Positions 1-9,123 are shown, numbered from the stretch's first letter. The stretch: 64,000 nucleotides of DNA from Deltaproteobacteria bacterium (GCA_016182975.1 JACPFJ010000028.1:4948-68947), one strand, 5' to 3'. The notes: a model not told the origin generated them from the sequence alone. A program made the numbers and translations.

Positions 1-7
1 GAATCCG

Positions 8-571
8 GTGCGGGCGGTGATGGTGAAGCTCCCGGAGGATTACCCGTGGAGCGGCCATCGTGCGTATCTCGGCAGGGAAACACTGCCGTGGTTGACAACC
101 GATTGGGTACTCTCGCTTCTCGGCCGGAGAATCGATTCTGCCCGCAAGGCTTACCGGCAATTCGTTGCTGATGGAATGGATGAGGGGAAAAGGGACGAGT
201 TTCACAGCGGAACATGCGAGGGACGTATCCTGGGTGACGACGACTTTGCCGATGACGCTCTGTGCAAAGCGAATCAGATTCGTAGGCGGGAGTGGACGCT
301 GACGGAAGTCGTCGCTTCTGTTTGCCGCCGGTACGGGATTACAGAGGAACAACTGAGGTCGCCGGGCAAGGCTCGGACTTTCAGTGAAGCGAGAGCGCTT
401 GCCGCTGTAATCGTACAGGAATCACCACACCTTTTCCTGACAGAACTGGGGAAGTTATTCAACCGAGATGTGTCAACCATTGGCAAGGCGGCGCAAAGAA
501 TGATATATCGTTCTCAGACCGATGATCCGCTGGCAACGAATATCGAAGCAGTACGGAGAGACCTGGGGTAA
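8..571 (+). CDS. C-terminal part of a RayT/IS200-type (COG1943-like) Y1 transposase with a DnaA-C-like HTH; the 5' end lies outside the window
   Basis: The ORF is open at the window edge. 'VKLPEDYPWSGHRAYLG' resembles the conserved '..PEDYPWSS..' tail of REP-associated tyrosine transposases. 'LTEVVASVCRRYGITEEQLRSPGKARTFSEARALAAVIV' resembles a DnaA domain-IV HTH. The catalytic domain is not visible. Confidence 0.5.
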   Translation: MRAVMVKLPEDYPWSGHRAYLGRETLPWLTTDWVLSLLGRRIDSARKAYRQFVADGMDEGKRDEFHSGTCEGRILGDDDFADDALCKANQIRRREWTLTEVVASVCRRYGITEEQLRSPGKARTFSEARALAAVIVQESPHLFLTELGKLFNRDVSTIGKAAQRMIYRSQTDDPLATNIEAVRRDLG

Positions 572-589
572 ATGTCCAAATGTCTAACC

Positions 590-623
590 CGACCCCAGAG
601 CCCTTCCGACCCCAGAGCCCTTC
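590..623. repeat. Two tandem 17-nt direct repeats (CGACCCCAGAGCCCTTC)
   Basis: Read directly: 590-606 and 607-623 are identical. A partial copy, CCCCGACCCC, lies near 651-661. Confidence 0.85.
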
Positions 624-719
624 CAACAAAAAGGGGATCGGAATTCGTCTCCCCGACCCCCATGACTCGGTCTTGCCTACGTTCCCCCTCCTCTTTGATC
701 CCACAACAGCACTCTAATG

Positions 720-1010
720 TTAACGGCCTTTGTTGATGAGTTGCCTGATGAACAGCCCGGAATCTATCTCTTCCAGTTCGGGCACTTCAGCTTCCTCGGC
801 CTCCTCGGCTTCCTCCTCCTCAGCTTCCTTCATCTCCTTGGCCTTCTCCTTCTCGAGTTTTTCTATCTTGTTCTTAACAGCGACCCCGTGTTTCTTGTCG
901 GGCGGCACCGCACCGACGCTCGTCACCATCGCGAACGCCAAGGTGATTATTGATGTGGCGAGAAGGGACGCCAACCTTTTCAGGTTTCCGACGATATCGA
1001 AGTTTCTCAT
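720..1010 (-). CDS. Hypothetical secreted or anchored Lys/Glu-rich small protein
   Basis: 96-aa ORF. N-terminal hydrophobic stretch LASLLATSIITLAFAMVTSVGA is followed by a KEKAKEMKEAEEEEAEEAEEAE low-complexity tail. No family recognised. Confidence 0.4.
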   Translation of the reverse strand: MRNFDIVGNLKRLASLLATSIITLAFAMVTSVGAVPPDKKHGVAVKNKIEKLEKEKAKEMKEAEEEEAEEAEEAEVPELEEIDSGLFIRQLINKGR

Positions 1011-1261
1011 AGGGACACTTCCTTCCTTCTTACCCCATTACCCTTTTCATGGATGGGGTAACCGATTGACCACCCTTCTATCTGATCAAAGGATACCAAT
1101 TTTGTCCTTTATTATCAAGGGCACGGGGGCAGGGGTGCGGCGCAGCGGCAATATCATCTCTGGTGCGGTTTATGGGCAGGCCGAATACACGAATGCCTCC
1201 CGGGCTCTTATACCCAGAAGGCATTCTCATTGAAGGGGAAGGGGATTCGCGGAGCGGAAAA

Positions 1262-2080
1262 TCAGCCGGTGTAGGACGAGTAGAGCTGCTTGACCCTGAC
1301 CAAATACTCCCGCGTCTCGGCCGGCAGGCGGCCGGGGCGCTTGTCCACGTTGCCCGGCCCCCAGTTGTAGGCGGCCAGGGCGGAATCCAGGTCGCCGTTG
1401 TAGCGGTCGAGCAGGTCGCGCAGGAACCTGGTCCCGCCCATGACGTTCTGTTCCGCGTCGAAGGAGTCGCTGACGCCCAGGGAACGGGCGGTTCCGGGCA
1501 TGAGCTGCATCAGGCCGCGCGCCCCGGCGTGGGATACGGCGTTGGGGTTGAAGTTGCTCTCGGCCTTGATGACCGCCTTGATCAGCCCCATGTCTACCCC
1601 GTAGCGGCGGGAGGCCTTGGCGATGATCGGGTCGAGCCACTGGCTTCCCTGCGCGCTCGGGACGGATTGAGGGGGTGTAATCGAGGGTGTTTCGGTAAGT
1701 TCCTGGAGTTGAGACGGGGCTTCGGGCGGTTGAGCCGGGACGCCGTCGCTTTCCTGTTGATTGGCGTTGTAGGCCTGCAGCAGCGCCTGGATGGCGGACG
1801 ATTGCCGGCCGAGCAGGGGAGAGGTCGCGGCCTCGGACGGCGCGTCCCCGGCCAGGGTCATGGTGGTGTGGAGCATCTGCAGGTTGAGGGCCTCCGCCAC
1901 TGCCTGCGCCTTGGTCTGCTCCGACCGCGCTTCCTGGCCGTTGCCGCTCAGCAGGCTGTCCAGTTTGCCGGCAAAGAGACCGTCCGGCTCCGCCCCGCCG
2001 CGGGCCTCCGTCCGCTCGGCGGATTCCTTGGCCAGCAGGGATGCGAGCAGCGACGGTTTTTCGTAGATGCCGATGGTCAT
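1262..2080 (-). CDS. Lytic transglycosylase (SLT domain) protein
   Basis: C-terminal 'AVIKAESNFNPNAVSHAGARGLMQLMPGTARSLGV' is the classic SLT catalytic Glu-Ser block with the GLMQ motif. Confidence 0.85.
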   Translation of the reverse strand: MTIGIYEKPSLLASLLAKESAERTEARGGAEPDGLFAGKLDSLLSGNGQEARSEQTKAQAVAEALNLQMLHTTMTLAGDAPSEAATSPLLGRQSSAIQALLQAYNANQQESDGVPAQPPEAPSQLQELTETPSITPPQSVPSAQGSQWLDPIIAKASRRYGVDMGLIKAVIKAESNFNPNAVSHAGARGLMQLMPGTARSLGVSDSFDAEQNVMGGTRFLRDLLDRYNGDLDSALAAYNWGPGNVDKRPGRLPAETREYLVRVKQLYSSYTG

Positions 2081-2087
2081 GGCTCCC

Positions 2088-3482
2088 TTACTCCTCGCGG
2101 TAGGTCAGGTTCTTCTTCTTGAGCTTCTCGATCAGGGTGGTCCGCTTGAGGTTCAAAAGCGAGGCGGCCTCCTTCTTGTTTCCTCCGGTTCGCGCCAGCG
2201 CCTGCAGGATCAGGTTGTTTTCAAACCGGTCAACCGCCGCGTTGAGGCAGATCCCATCCTCAGGCAGTTCGTCGTCCGTCGGCAGGGAAGGCGCCTGAAC
2301 CAGCACCCGGCCGGAGAGGTATTTCTCCGGCAGGTCGTCGGGGGTTATGAAACCGTTGTCCTTGAGGATCACCATCCGCTCGACCAGGTTCTCCAACTCG
2401 CGCACGTTGCCCGGCCAGTTGTAGTTGCAGAGGGTGTCGAGGGCGTCGCGGGAGAACCCCTTCACCGCGTGCCTCCGGTCGCTGTTGAAGCGTGTCAGGA
2501 AACTGTGTATCAAGAGCGGGATGTCTTCACGCCGTTCCCGCAGCGGCGGGATGGTGATCGGGATTACCGAGAGGCGGTAAAAGAGGTCTTCGCGGAAATC
2601 CCTGCTCAGCACCAACTGCTCCAGGTCCTTGTTGGTGGCGGCGATGATGCGGACATCGACCTTCTGCGGTTTGGACGACCCCACCGGTTCGAATTCCCTG
2701 CTCTGCAGCACCCGCAGGAGCTTGACCTGCAGATTGGCCTTCATGTCGCCGATTTCGTCCAGGAAGAGCGTCCCCTTGTCGGCCATCTCGAAGCGGCCGG
2801 CCCGGTTGGCATAGGCGCCGGTGAAGGAGCCCTTGACATGGCCGAACAGTTCGCTCTCCAGCAGGTCGTCGGGGATGGCGGCGCAGTTGACCGGGACGAA
2901 ATTGCGGTTGTTCCTGCCGCTCAACTGGTGTATTGCCCGTGCTGCAAGTTCCTTGCCGGTGCCGGACTCTCCCTGGATCAGAACGGTAGCGCTGGATTCG
3001 GCCACCTTCTCGATCATGCTGAACAGCGACAGCATGGGGGCGCTTCTGCCGATGATGGTCGAGCAGAGTATGTGCGGGTGGCTGGCGGCGTCGCCGGTGG
3101 CGCCGGAAAACCTCATGGCCTGGTACTCGGCGGCGCGCATGACCAGGCTCTCCAGTTCATCCAGGTTGAGCGGCTGCGGCAGGAACAGGAAGCTCTCGTC
3201 GTTGGGTGGATGGGGGAGTTTATCGTCCTTGCTTCCGTAGCCGATAAGTACAAGGGGAGGGACAAGCTTTCTGGCCCGCTCGATAAAATCGGGGACGATG
3301 GAGTACAGATAGGGCAACTCGGCGATGACGACCATTACGCGCTGTTCCCGAATGGTGTCAAAAATAGATGCGGCGTTATCTTCCTGGGCGATATCATATC
3401 CCTGATATGTCAAAAAGGCCGATACCAGGTCACGGCTCTTGCGGTCACTGTCTGCGATCAGGATTTTTCCGGCAGTGTGCAT
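2088..3482 (-). CDS. Sigma-54-dependent transcriptional activator (NtrC family) with a degenerate receiver domain
   Basis: AAA+ Walker A '[15 protein letters not shown]'. The GAFTGA-type loop reads 'GSFTGA'. C-terminal Fis-type HTH '[24 protein letters not shown]'. The receiver-like N-terminus has 'VVIAELP' at the phospho-Asp position. Confidence 0.9.
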   Translation of the reverse strand: MHTAGKILIADSDRKSRDLVSAFLTYQGYDIAQEDNAASIFDTIREQRVMVVIAELPYLYSIVPDFIERARKLVPPLVLIGYGSKDDKLPHPPNDESFLFLPQPLNLDELESLVMRAAEYQAMRFSGATGDAASHPHILCSTIIGRSAPMLSLFSMIEKVAESSATVLIQGESGTGKELAARAIHQLSGRNNRNFVPVNCAAIPDDLLESELFGHVKGSFTGAYANRAGRFEMADKGTLFLDEIGDMKANLQVKLLRVLQSREFEPVGSSKPQKVDVRIIAATNKDLEQLVLSRDFREDLFYRLSVIPITIPPLRERREDIPLLIHSFLTRFNSDRRHAVKGFSRDALDTLCNYNWPGNVRELENLVERMVILKDNGFITPDDLPEKYLSGRVLVQAPSLPTDDELPEDGICLNAAVDRFENNLILQALARTGGNKKEAASLLNLKRTTLIEKLKKKNLTYREE

Positions 3483-3775
3483 GGGGTACCGTTGTTCCTA
3501 GGGATTTGAATGCCGCTGGGCGAATGGTCGACAGCATAATGCGATTGTGCCGTAAAAGTCAAGATAATGACTCTAGGAAATTTAGATGGTGACATTATTT
3601 TGATTTTCTGTTCCAAGTCGCCGGAACCGTCAAATTTCCTCGGAGAAATAACGCAAACAAATTTTATCCCGCTTGATAAAGCGCGGCGTACATGGTAGAT
3701 TTGCCTGATTAAAAAACAGCCAAATAGCCGATGTCAAGGGCGTATTGAGATAATTTCCATCCGGAGGAGGAAATC

Positions 3776-4270
3776 ATGAGTGGTGCACTAGTACCGGTAA
3801 AGGCCGACGAGTCCCGCGGCGAACTGATCCAACTGGTCAGTTTCAATCTCGATCAGGAAGAGTATGGGGTCGATGTCCTCAAGGTTCGCGAGATCATTCG
3901 CATGCCCACGGTGACCCGCGTCCCCAACACCCCCCTTTACGTGGAAGGGGTCATCAACCTGCGCGGCAAGGTTATCCCGATCATCTCCATGCGCAGGAAG
4001 TTCGGCCTGCTGGAGGCGGACAACGACAAGCAGACCCGCATCATGGTCATGGACGTGGATGGCGAACTGATGGGTTTCATCGTCGATGCCGTATCCGAGG
4101 TCATCCGCATCTCGGGCAGCGAGATCCAGCCGTCTCCTGCTGTCGTGGCCAGCGGTATCGACCAGGAGTGCATCGCCGGTGTGATCAACCAGACCGAGCG
4201 CCTGCTCGTGCTGCTTGACCTGGAGAAGATGTTTTCGCAAGACGAAAGAAGGGTTTTCAGTTCCTTGTGA
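3776..4270 (+). CDS. cheW: Chemotaxis coupling protein CheW
   Basis: 164 aa. 'LVSFNLDQEEYGVDVLKVREIIRMP...VEGVINLRGKVIPI' is a typical CheW domain. AGGAGGA RBS lies upstream. Confidence 0.9.
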   Translation: MSGALVPVKADESRGELIQLVSFNLDQEEYGVDVLKVREIIRMPTVTRVPNTPLYVEGVINLRGKVIPIISMRRKFGLLEADNDKQTRIMVMDVDGELMGFIVDAVSEVIRISGSEIQPSPAVVASGIDQECIAGVINQTERLLVLLDLEKMFSQDERRVFSSL

Positions 4271-4313
4271 TGTGATGTAAGCGTAATGCCAAGCCCTGCC
4301 GAAGGAGATTGCA

Positions 4314-6140
4314 ATGCCCATTGATTGCGAAGACCAGGAACTTCTCGAAGGTTTTCTCACCGAGACGACCGAACTGTTGGAGAAGCTCGACGACGATCTC
4401 GTGTCCCTGGAAAAGTCGTCGGAAGATGCCGAACTGCTCAACCGGATCTTCAGGTCCATTCACACCGTCAAGGGGGCTTCGAGTTTTCTCGGCTTCGATT
4501 TGCTGGTCAAGGTGACCCACAAGACCGAGGATGTCCTCAACCGGCTCCGCAAGGGGGAGTTGCCGGTGAATCCGGATATAATGGATGTCATCCTCGAAGC
4601 GACCGACCTGGTCAAGCTGCTGGTGAGCGACATCAAGGCGGGGGAGATCCAGGAGCGCGAGATCGATGGGACCATTGCCAAGCTGTTGCCGCTGCTCTCC
4701 GAGAGCGCAGCCGCGCAGGCGCGGGCCGTAGAGGCGCCGGCAACGGAGGAGGCGGCTGCACCAGCGGAGCCGGTAGTTACGCCAACGCCCGAGGAGTCCC
4801 CGGCGGCCGAGCCTGCCGCCCCGCCGGTCCCGGCGCAGGAGCCTTCTCCCGAGCCTCCCCGGAAGGCCGCCGGCGAGGTGGTGCCCAAGAAGGCGCCGCA
4901 GCCTCCCAAGCAGGCCGAGGGGAAGGGAGAGGACCTTTCGGACAACACCACGGTCCGTGTTGATGTCAAACGCCTGGACGACCTGATGAACCAGGTCGGC
5001 GAGTTGGTCCTGGAGCGCAACCGCATGATCCAGCTTAACCAGGACCTGCAGCAGGGGGAGACCGGCCGGCCCGACTTCAACGAGGAGTTCGGCAAGCTTA
5101 CCAAGCGGATGAACTTCGTCACCTCCGAGCTGCAGATGCAGGTGCTCAAGATGCGCATGATGCCGGTGGACAAGGTTTTCAAGAAGTTCCCCCGCATTGT
5201 GCGCAGCCTGGCCCGCGACCTGAGCAAGGAGGTTGACCTGCAGATCTACGGCGAGGAAACCGAGCTGGACCGCTCGGTCGTGGATGAGATCGGCGATCCG
5301 CTCATCCACCTGATCCGCAACGCCCTGGACCACGGCCTGGAGACGCCCGACGAACGCATCGTCGCCGGAAAACCGCGCACCGGTACGCTGATCCTCGCGG
5401 CCATCCACGAAGGCAACCAGATCATCATCAGCATCAAGGATGACGGCCGCGGCATCGACACCGACAGGGTCGGGCGCAAGGCCGTCGAAAAGGGGTTGAT
5501 CGGCGAGGACCAACTGGCGGCAATGAGCCAGCGCGAGATATTCGACCTGATCTTCCTGCCGGGCTTCTCCACCAAGGAAAAGGCCTCCGACCTGTCCGGC
5601 CGCGGCGTCGGCATGGACGTGGTCAAGACCAACATCAAGAAGTTGAACGGCCTGATCGAGATCAAAAGCGACAAGGGTCTCGGTTCGGAGTTCATCCTGC
5701 GCCTGCCCCTGACCCTGGCGATCATCCAGTCGCTGCTGGTGGAGGTGGAGGGCGAGATCTACTCGATCCCGCTCTCCTCCGTACTGGAAACCCTGCGGGT
5801 TGACCAGCGCCAGTTCCATCTGATCGGTGGTCAGGAGGTGCTCAAGCTGCGCGATATGGTGCTTCCGCTGATGAGGCTGCAAAGGATATTCAACGTTCAG
5901 CAACGCTACGACAGAGACGATTTCTGCTATGTCGTGGTCATCGGCGCCGCCGACAAGCGCATGGGGCTTGTGGTGACACGCCTGGTCGGACAGCAGGAGG
6001 TGGCCATCAAGTCGCTGGGGAGCTATCTGGCCAACATCCCCGGCATTGCCGGCTCCACCATCCTGGGCGATGGCCGGGTGACCCTGATCATCGACCCGGT
6101 GGGTCTCATCGACGGCGGCGACGGCGGTTCCGGCCGCTGA
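4314..6140 (+). CDS. cheA: Chemotaxis histidine kinase CheA (P1-linker-P3-P4-P5; no obvious P2 domain)
   Basis: Hpt His in 'SIHTVKGAS'. A Pro/Ala-rich linker sits where P2 would be. HATPase boxes 'IRNALDHG', 'DDGRGID' and 'GRGVGMDVV'. C-terminal CheW-like domain. Confidence 0.95.
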   Translation: MPIDCEDQELLEGFLTETTELLEKLDDDLVSLEKSSEDAELLNRIFRSIHTVKGASSFLGFDLLVKVTHKTEDVLNRLRKGELPVNPDIMDVILEATDLVKLLVSDIKAGEIQEREIDGTIAKLLPLLSESAAAQARAVEAPATEEAAAPAEPVVTPTPEESPAAEPAAPPVPAQEPSPEPPRKAAGEVVPKKAPQPPKQAEGKGEDLSDNTTVRVDVKRLDDLMNQVGELVLERNRMIQLNQDLQQGETGRPDFNEEFGKLTKRMNFVTSELQMQVLKMRMMPVDKVFKKFPRIVRSLARDLSKEVDLQIYGEETELDRSVVDEIGDPLIHLIRNALDHGLETPDERIVAGKPRTGTLILAAIHEGNQIIISIKDDGRGIDTDRVGRKAVEKGLIGEDQLAAMSQREIFDLIFLPGFSTKEKASDLSGRGVGMDVVKTNIKKLNGLIEIKSDKGLGSEFILRLPLTLAIIQSLLVEVEGEIYSIPLSSVLETLRVDQRQFHLIGGQEVLKLRDMVLPLMRLQRIFNVQQRYDRDDFCYVVVIGAADKRMGLVVTRLVGQQEVAIKSLGSYLANIPGIAGSTILGDGRVTLIIDPVGLIDGGDGGSGR

Positions 6141-6214
6141 GTCAGGGACCGGGGACTGGGGACCGGGGATTGGGGATTGGTAAAAGCTTTTACTAGTCCC
6201 TGGTCCCCGATCCC
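6141..6214. repeat. Palindromic tandem-heptamer array starting directly after the cheA stop codon
   Basis: The run CGGGGAC TGGGGAC CGGGGAT TGGGGAT has period 7. It is followed by TAAAAGCTTTTA and then the inverted units GTCCCTG GTCCCCG ATCCC. Confidence 0.85.
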
Positions 6215-6247
6215 TCACGTTATAAAAGAGCAGCGAAGGGATAGAGC

Positions 6248-7075
6248 GTGTCAATTTCGGATAAAGATTTCGAACAACTGCGGGACTTCATCTATAACAT
6301 CTGCGGTATGTACTTCCACTCCACCAAGAAGTATTTCCTGGAGAGCCGTCTAACCCGCAGGATGGATGCCACCGGGACCAACTCCTATCAGGACTATTAC
6401 CAACTCCTCAAGTCCCTGCGGGGGGGAGAGGAACTGAAGTTCCTGATGGACGAGATCACCACCAACGAGACCTACTTCTTCCGTAACGTGCCCCAGTTGA
6501 ACGCCCTGGAGACCAAGCTGTTGCCGGAAATCGTCGAGTCCAAGACCAAGATGGGTTTCCGCAAGCTGCGCATCTGGAGCGCCGGCTCATCGTCGGGCGA
6601 AGAGGCCTACACGCTATCCATGATCCTGCTGGAAAAGCGCGCCGGGCTGCTCAAGGATTGGATCATCGAGATCATCGGCACCGACATCAACGAAACGGTG
6701 ATCTCCCAGGCCAAGGAGGGGATCTACAACGCCTATTCGGTCCGTAACATCCCCGACCTTTACAAACGCAAGTATATCCGCGAGGACGGCGGCAAGTTCA
6801 TCCTCTCCCCCGACGTGAAGAAGTTCGTCACCTTCAACAAGCTCAACCTATATGATGACTCGAAGATGATCTTCATGAAGAGTTTCGACTTCATCTTTTG
6901 CGCCAACGTACTGATCTATTTCGATACGGCATCCAAATCCAAGGTTGTCCAGCACTTCTACAACAACCTGCAGCCGTACGGCTACTTTTTTGTCGGCCAG
7001 TCCGAGTCCCTGCACGGGGTCAATGACAAGTTCAAGACGGTGCATTTTCCCGGTGGTTTCACCTATAAAAAATAG
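6248..7075 (+). CDS. cheR: Chemotaxis protein methyltransferase CheR
   Basis: 'ETYFFRN' and the SAM-binding block 'RIWSAGSSSGEEAYTLSMIL'. GTG start. Confidence 0.9.
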   Translation: MSISDKDFEQLRDFIYNICGMYFHSTKKYFLESRLTRRMDATGTNSYQDYYQLLKSLRGGEELKFLMDEITTNETYFFRNVPQLNALETKLLPEIVESKTKMGFRKLRIWSAGSSSGEEAYTLSMILLEKRAGLLKDWIIEIIGTDINETVISQAKEGIYNAYSVRNIPDLYKRKYIREDGGKFILSPDVKKFVTFNKLNLYDDSKMIFMKSFDFIFCANVLIYFDTASKSKVVQHFYNNLQPYGYFFVGQSESLHGVNDKFKTVHFPGGFTYKK

Positions 7076-7092
7076 CCTGAAAGGTTTGAAAC

Positions 7093-7989
7093 ATGGATAA
7101 AGTCGCAATGATCGCAAAAGCCGAGCAACTGGTGGCGAAGATCGACGATCTGCCCACCATCCCGGTGGTCGCCACCCAGGTGCTGCAGCTCCTCGACCAG
7201 CCGGACGTGCGGATCGAGCAGGTGGCCGATCTGATGCTTTCCGACCAGGTCATGGCGGCTCGGGTGTTGAAGATGGTCAACTCGCCGGTCTACAAGCCGG
7301 GCCAGGAGATCACCTCGCTCAAGCGGGCCCTGGTCTACCTGGGATTGAAGCATATCCGCGAGGTGGCGCTGACCACCTCGTTCATCGATGCCTTTGATGA
7401 GAATGCCGGCGCATTCGAGATCAGCACATTCTGGGAACACTCCTTCGGCGTCGGCATGGTGTCCAAGATAATCGCCGGGAAGATCGGCTATCACGACCAG
7501 GAACAGGCCTATATCGCCGGCATCATCCACGATCTCGGCGAGGTGTTTCTCAGCAACTTCCTGCGGGATGAATTCCAGGCGGTGTTGGACAGCATCAAGG
7601 ACAAGCCGGTCAAGCTGGTTGACGCCGAAGCGGAGCAGCTTGGCACCAGCCACTGCGAGATCGGTCTCTGCATGGCGCGCAAATGGAACTTCCCCGAGGT
7701 GTACTGCGAGGTGATCGCCTATCACCATACCCCTTCCGAGGCGACCATCGACCCGGTCCTGTGCGCCATCGTCAACCTCTCCGACCTGTTTTGCAGCGTG
7801 CGGGAGCTCAACTACGGCGGCAGGGAGTGGGTCAGCTTCAATCTCTTCGAAGAGCAGGCCTGGCAGATCCTGAAAAAGGAGTCGCCCAGCCTGGCCGAGC
7901 TCGACGTGGAACGTTTCTGCTACGAACTTGACGATGCCATCCCCGACGTGAAAGAGCTGGTCAGATCTATCTTCAACTCAAAGGAATAG
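7093..7989 (+). CDS. HDOD domain signalling protein
   Basis: 'LPTIPVVATQVLQLLDQPDV..VADLMLSDQVMAARVLKMVNSP' plus 'AGIIHDLGEVFL' and 'HCEIGLCMARKWNFPE..IAYHH' are typical HDOD features. Confidence 0.85.
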   Translation: MDKVAMIAKAEQLVAKIDDLPTIPVVATQVLQLLDQPDVRIEQVADLMLSDQVMAARVLKMVNSPVYKPGQEITSLKRALVYLGLKHIREVALTTSFIDAFDENAGAFEISTFWEHSFGVGMVSKIIAGKIGYHDQEQAYIAGIIHDLGEVFLSNFLRDEFQAVLDSIKDKPVKLVDAEAEQLGTSHCEIGLCMARKWNFPEVYCEVIAYHHTPSEATIDPVLCAIVNLSDLFCSVRELNYGGREWVSFNLFEEQAWQILKKESPSLAELDVERFCYELDDAIPDVKELVRSIFNSKE

Positions 7990-7999
7990 GCGGACCCAA

Positions 8000-9082
8000 A
8001 TGATCGCTCCCCGGACAGGAAAAACGCGCTTACTGATCGTTGACGACTCGTCGTTCATGCGCATGGCCATCCGCAGCATCCTCTCCAAGGAACCGACCAT
8101 AGAGATTGTCGGCACGGCTGCCGACGGCGTGGAAGGTGTGGAGAAGGCGGTTGACCTCAAGCCCGACGTGATCACCATGGACGTGGAGATGCCGCGCATG
8201 GACGGCATTGCCGCCCTGCGCCAGATCATGGCCAAGGCGCCCACCAGGGTGATCATGGTCTCGACCCTGACCAATGAAGGGGCGCGGGCCACCTTTGAGG
8301 CCCTCGATGCCGGCGCCATCGACTATATACCCAAAAACGTCACCGACTCTCCCGATGCCCAAAAGGTATTCCGCGAGGAGCTGCTGCACAAGATTCAAAT
8401 GGCGGTCGGATCGCGCTTCTTCCGCCCTGTTGTAACGCCCCCGGAACGCCAGGCAGCGGCGCCTCCCCCGCTACAGCGCCATGTCGCCGGCAAGCTGGCC
8501 GGCAAGAAGATCGGTTACGTGGGGATCGGGGCCTCCACCGGCGGGCCGGTTGCGCTTCAGGAGGTGCTCTCCCGCATCCCGGTCAATTTCCCCTACGGCA
8601 TCATCGTCGGCATACACATGCCCAAGGCCTTTACCGGTCCCTATGCCGACCGCCTGAACGCCAAATGTTCCATGACGATCCGCGAGGCGGTGGACGGTGA
8701 CGTCCTCAAGCCGGGGCTGGCCCTAATCGCACCCGGCGGCATGCACACAACACTGGTGCGTCAGGGGGCGAACGTCGTGGTCAAGGTTGCCCCCACCAGC
8801 GCGTATCCCCAGTATATCTACGTCCCTTCGGTGGACCTGATGATCTCGACCATGGCTGAGGCCACTCACGGTTCCATGCTGGGGGTCATCCTGACCGGGA
8901 TGGGCAACGACGGTTTCAAGGGGATGCAACTCCTGAAGGGCAAGGGGGGGGTCACCATCGCCCAGAACGAGGCGACCTCGACCATTTACGGCATGCCCAA
9001 GGCCTGCGTGGACGGCGGCGTGGCCGACGAGGTGCTGCCTCTGGGGCAGATCGGGTTCGAGATCGCCAAGTTCGCGGGGTAA
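8000..9082 (+). CDS. cheB: Chemotaxis response regulator protein-glutamate methylesterase CheB
   Basis: Receiver 'LLIVDDSSFMR...VITMDVEMPRMDG' plus the esterase 'GIGASTGGPVAL' and 'GMGNDG'. Confidence 0.95.
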   Translation: MIAPRTGKTRLLIVDDSSFMRMAIRSILSKEPTIEIVGTAADGVEGVEKAVDLKPDVITMDVEMPRMDGIAALRQIMAKAPTRVIMVSTLTNEGARATFEALDAGAIDYIPKNVTDSPDAQKVFREELLHKIQMAVGSRFFRPVVTPPERQAAAPPPLQRHVAGKLAGKKIGYVGIGASTGGPVALQEVLSRIPVNFPYGIIVGIHMPKAFTGPYADRLNAKCSMTIREAVDGDVLKPGLALIAPGGMHTTLVRQGANVVVKVAPTSAYPQYIYVPSVDLMISTMAEATHGSMLGVILTGMGNDGFKGMQLLKGKGGVTIAQNEATSTIYGMPKACVDGGVADEVLPLGQIGFEIAKFAG

Positions 9083-9087
9083 ACGGC

Positions 9088-9122
9088 GGTTCGAGGTTCA
9101 AGGTTCAAAGTTCAAAGTTCAA
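9088..9122. repeat. Tandem heptamer array (GGTTCGA GGTTCAA GGTTCAA AGTTCAA AGTTCAA) 6 nt after the cheB stop
   Basis: Read directly. Five units with period 7. Confidence 0.85.
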
Positions 9123-9123
9123 A

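Noticed and set aside
1011-1261. Sigma-54 promoter for the small secreted protein, or target of the adjacent degenerate EBP
   Set aside because: The only GG-N10-GC-like candidate (minus strand TGGTATCCTTTGATC) lacks the -12 TTGC element.
2067-3509. 480-aa plus-strand ORF, and similar long antisense ORFs at 19778..21100, 35421..37127, 37414..38973, 48703..50463, 50442..52307, 45017..46054 and 46839..48047
   Set aside because: All lie opposite genes with clear family signatures and have compositionally biased translations. Treated as non-coding shadows.
3710-3734. Sigma-28 (FliA)-type promoter upstream of cheW (TAAA...GCCGATGT)
   Set aside because: The -10-like GCCGATGT is good. The spacing to the nearest TAAA is 13 nt rather than 15, and the -35 lies within an A-run. 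Too weak to call without a mapped 5' end.
4257-6254. 665-aa ORF antisense to cheA
   Set aside because: Shadow ORF typical of high-GC DNA. The translation is low-complexity (Arg/Leu/Gly/Asp runs) with no recognisable motifs, while the opposite strand encodes a complete CheA.
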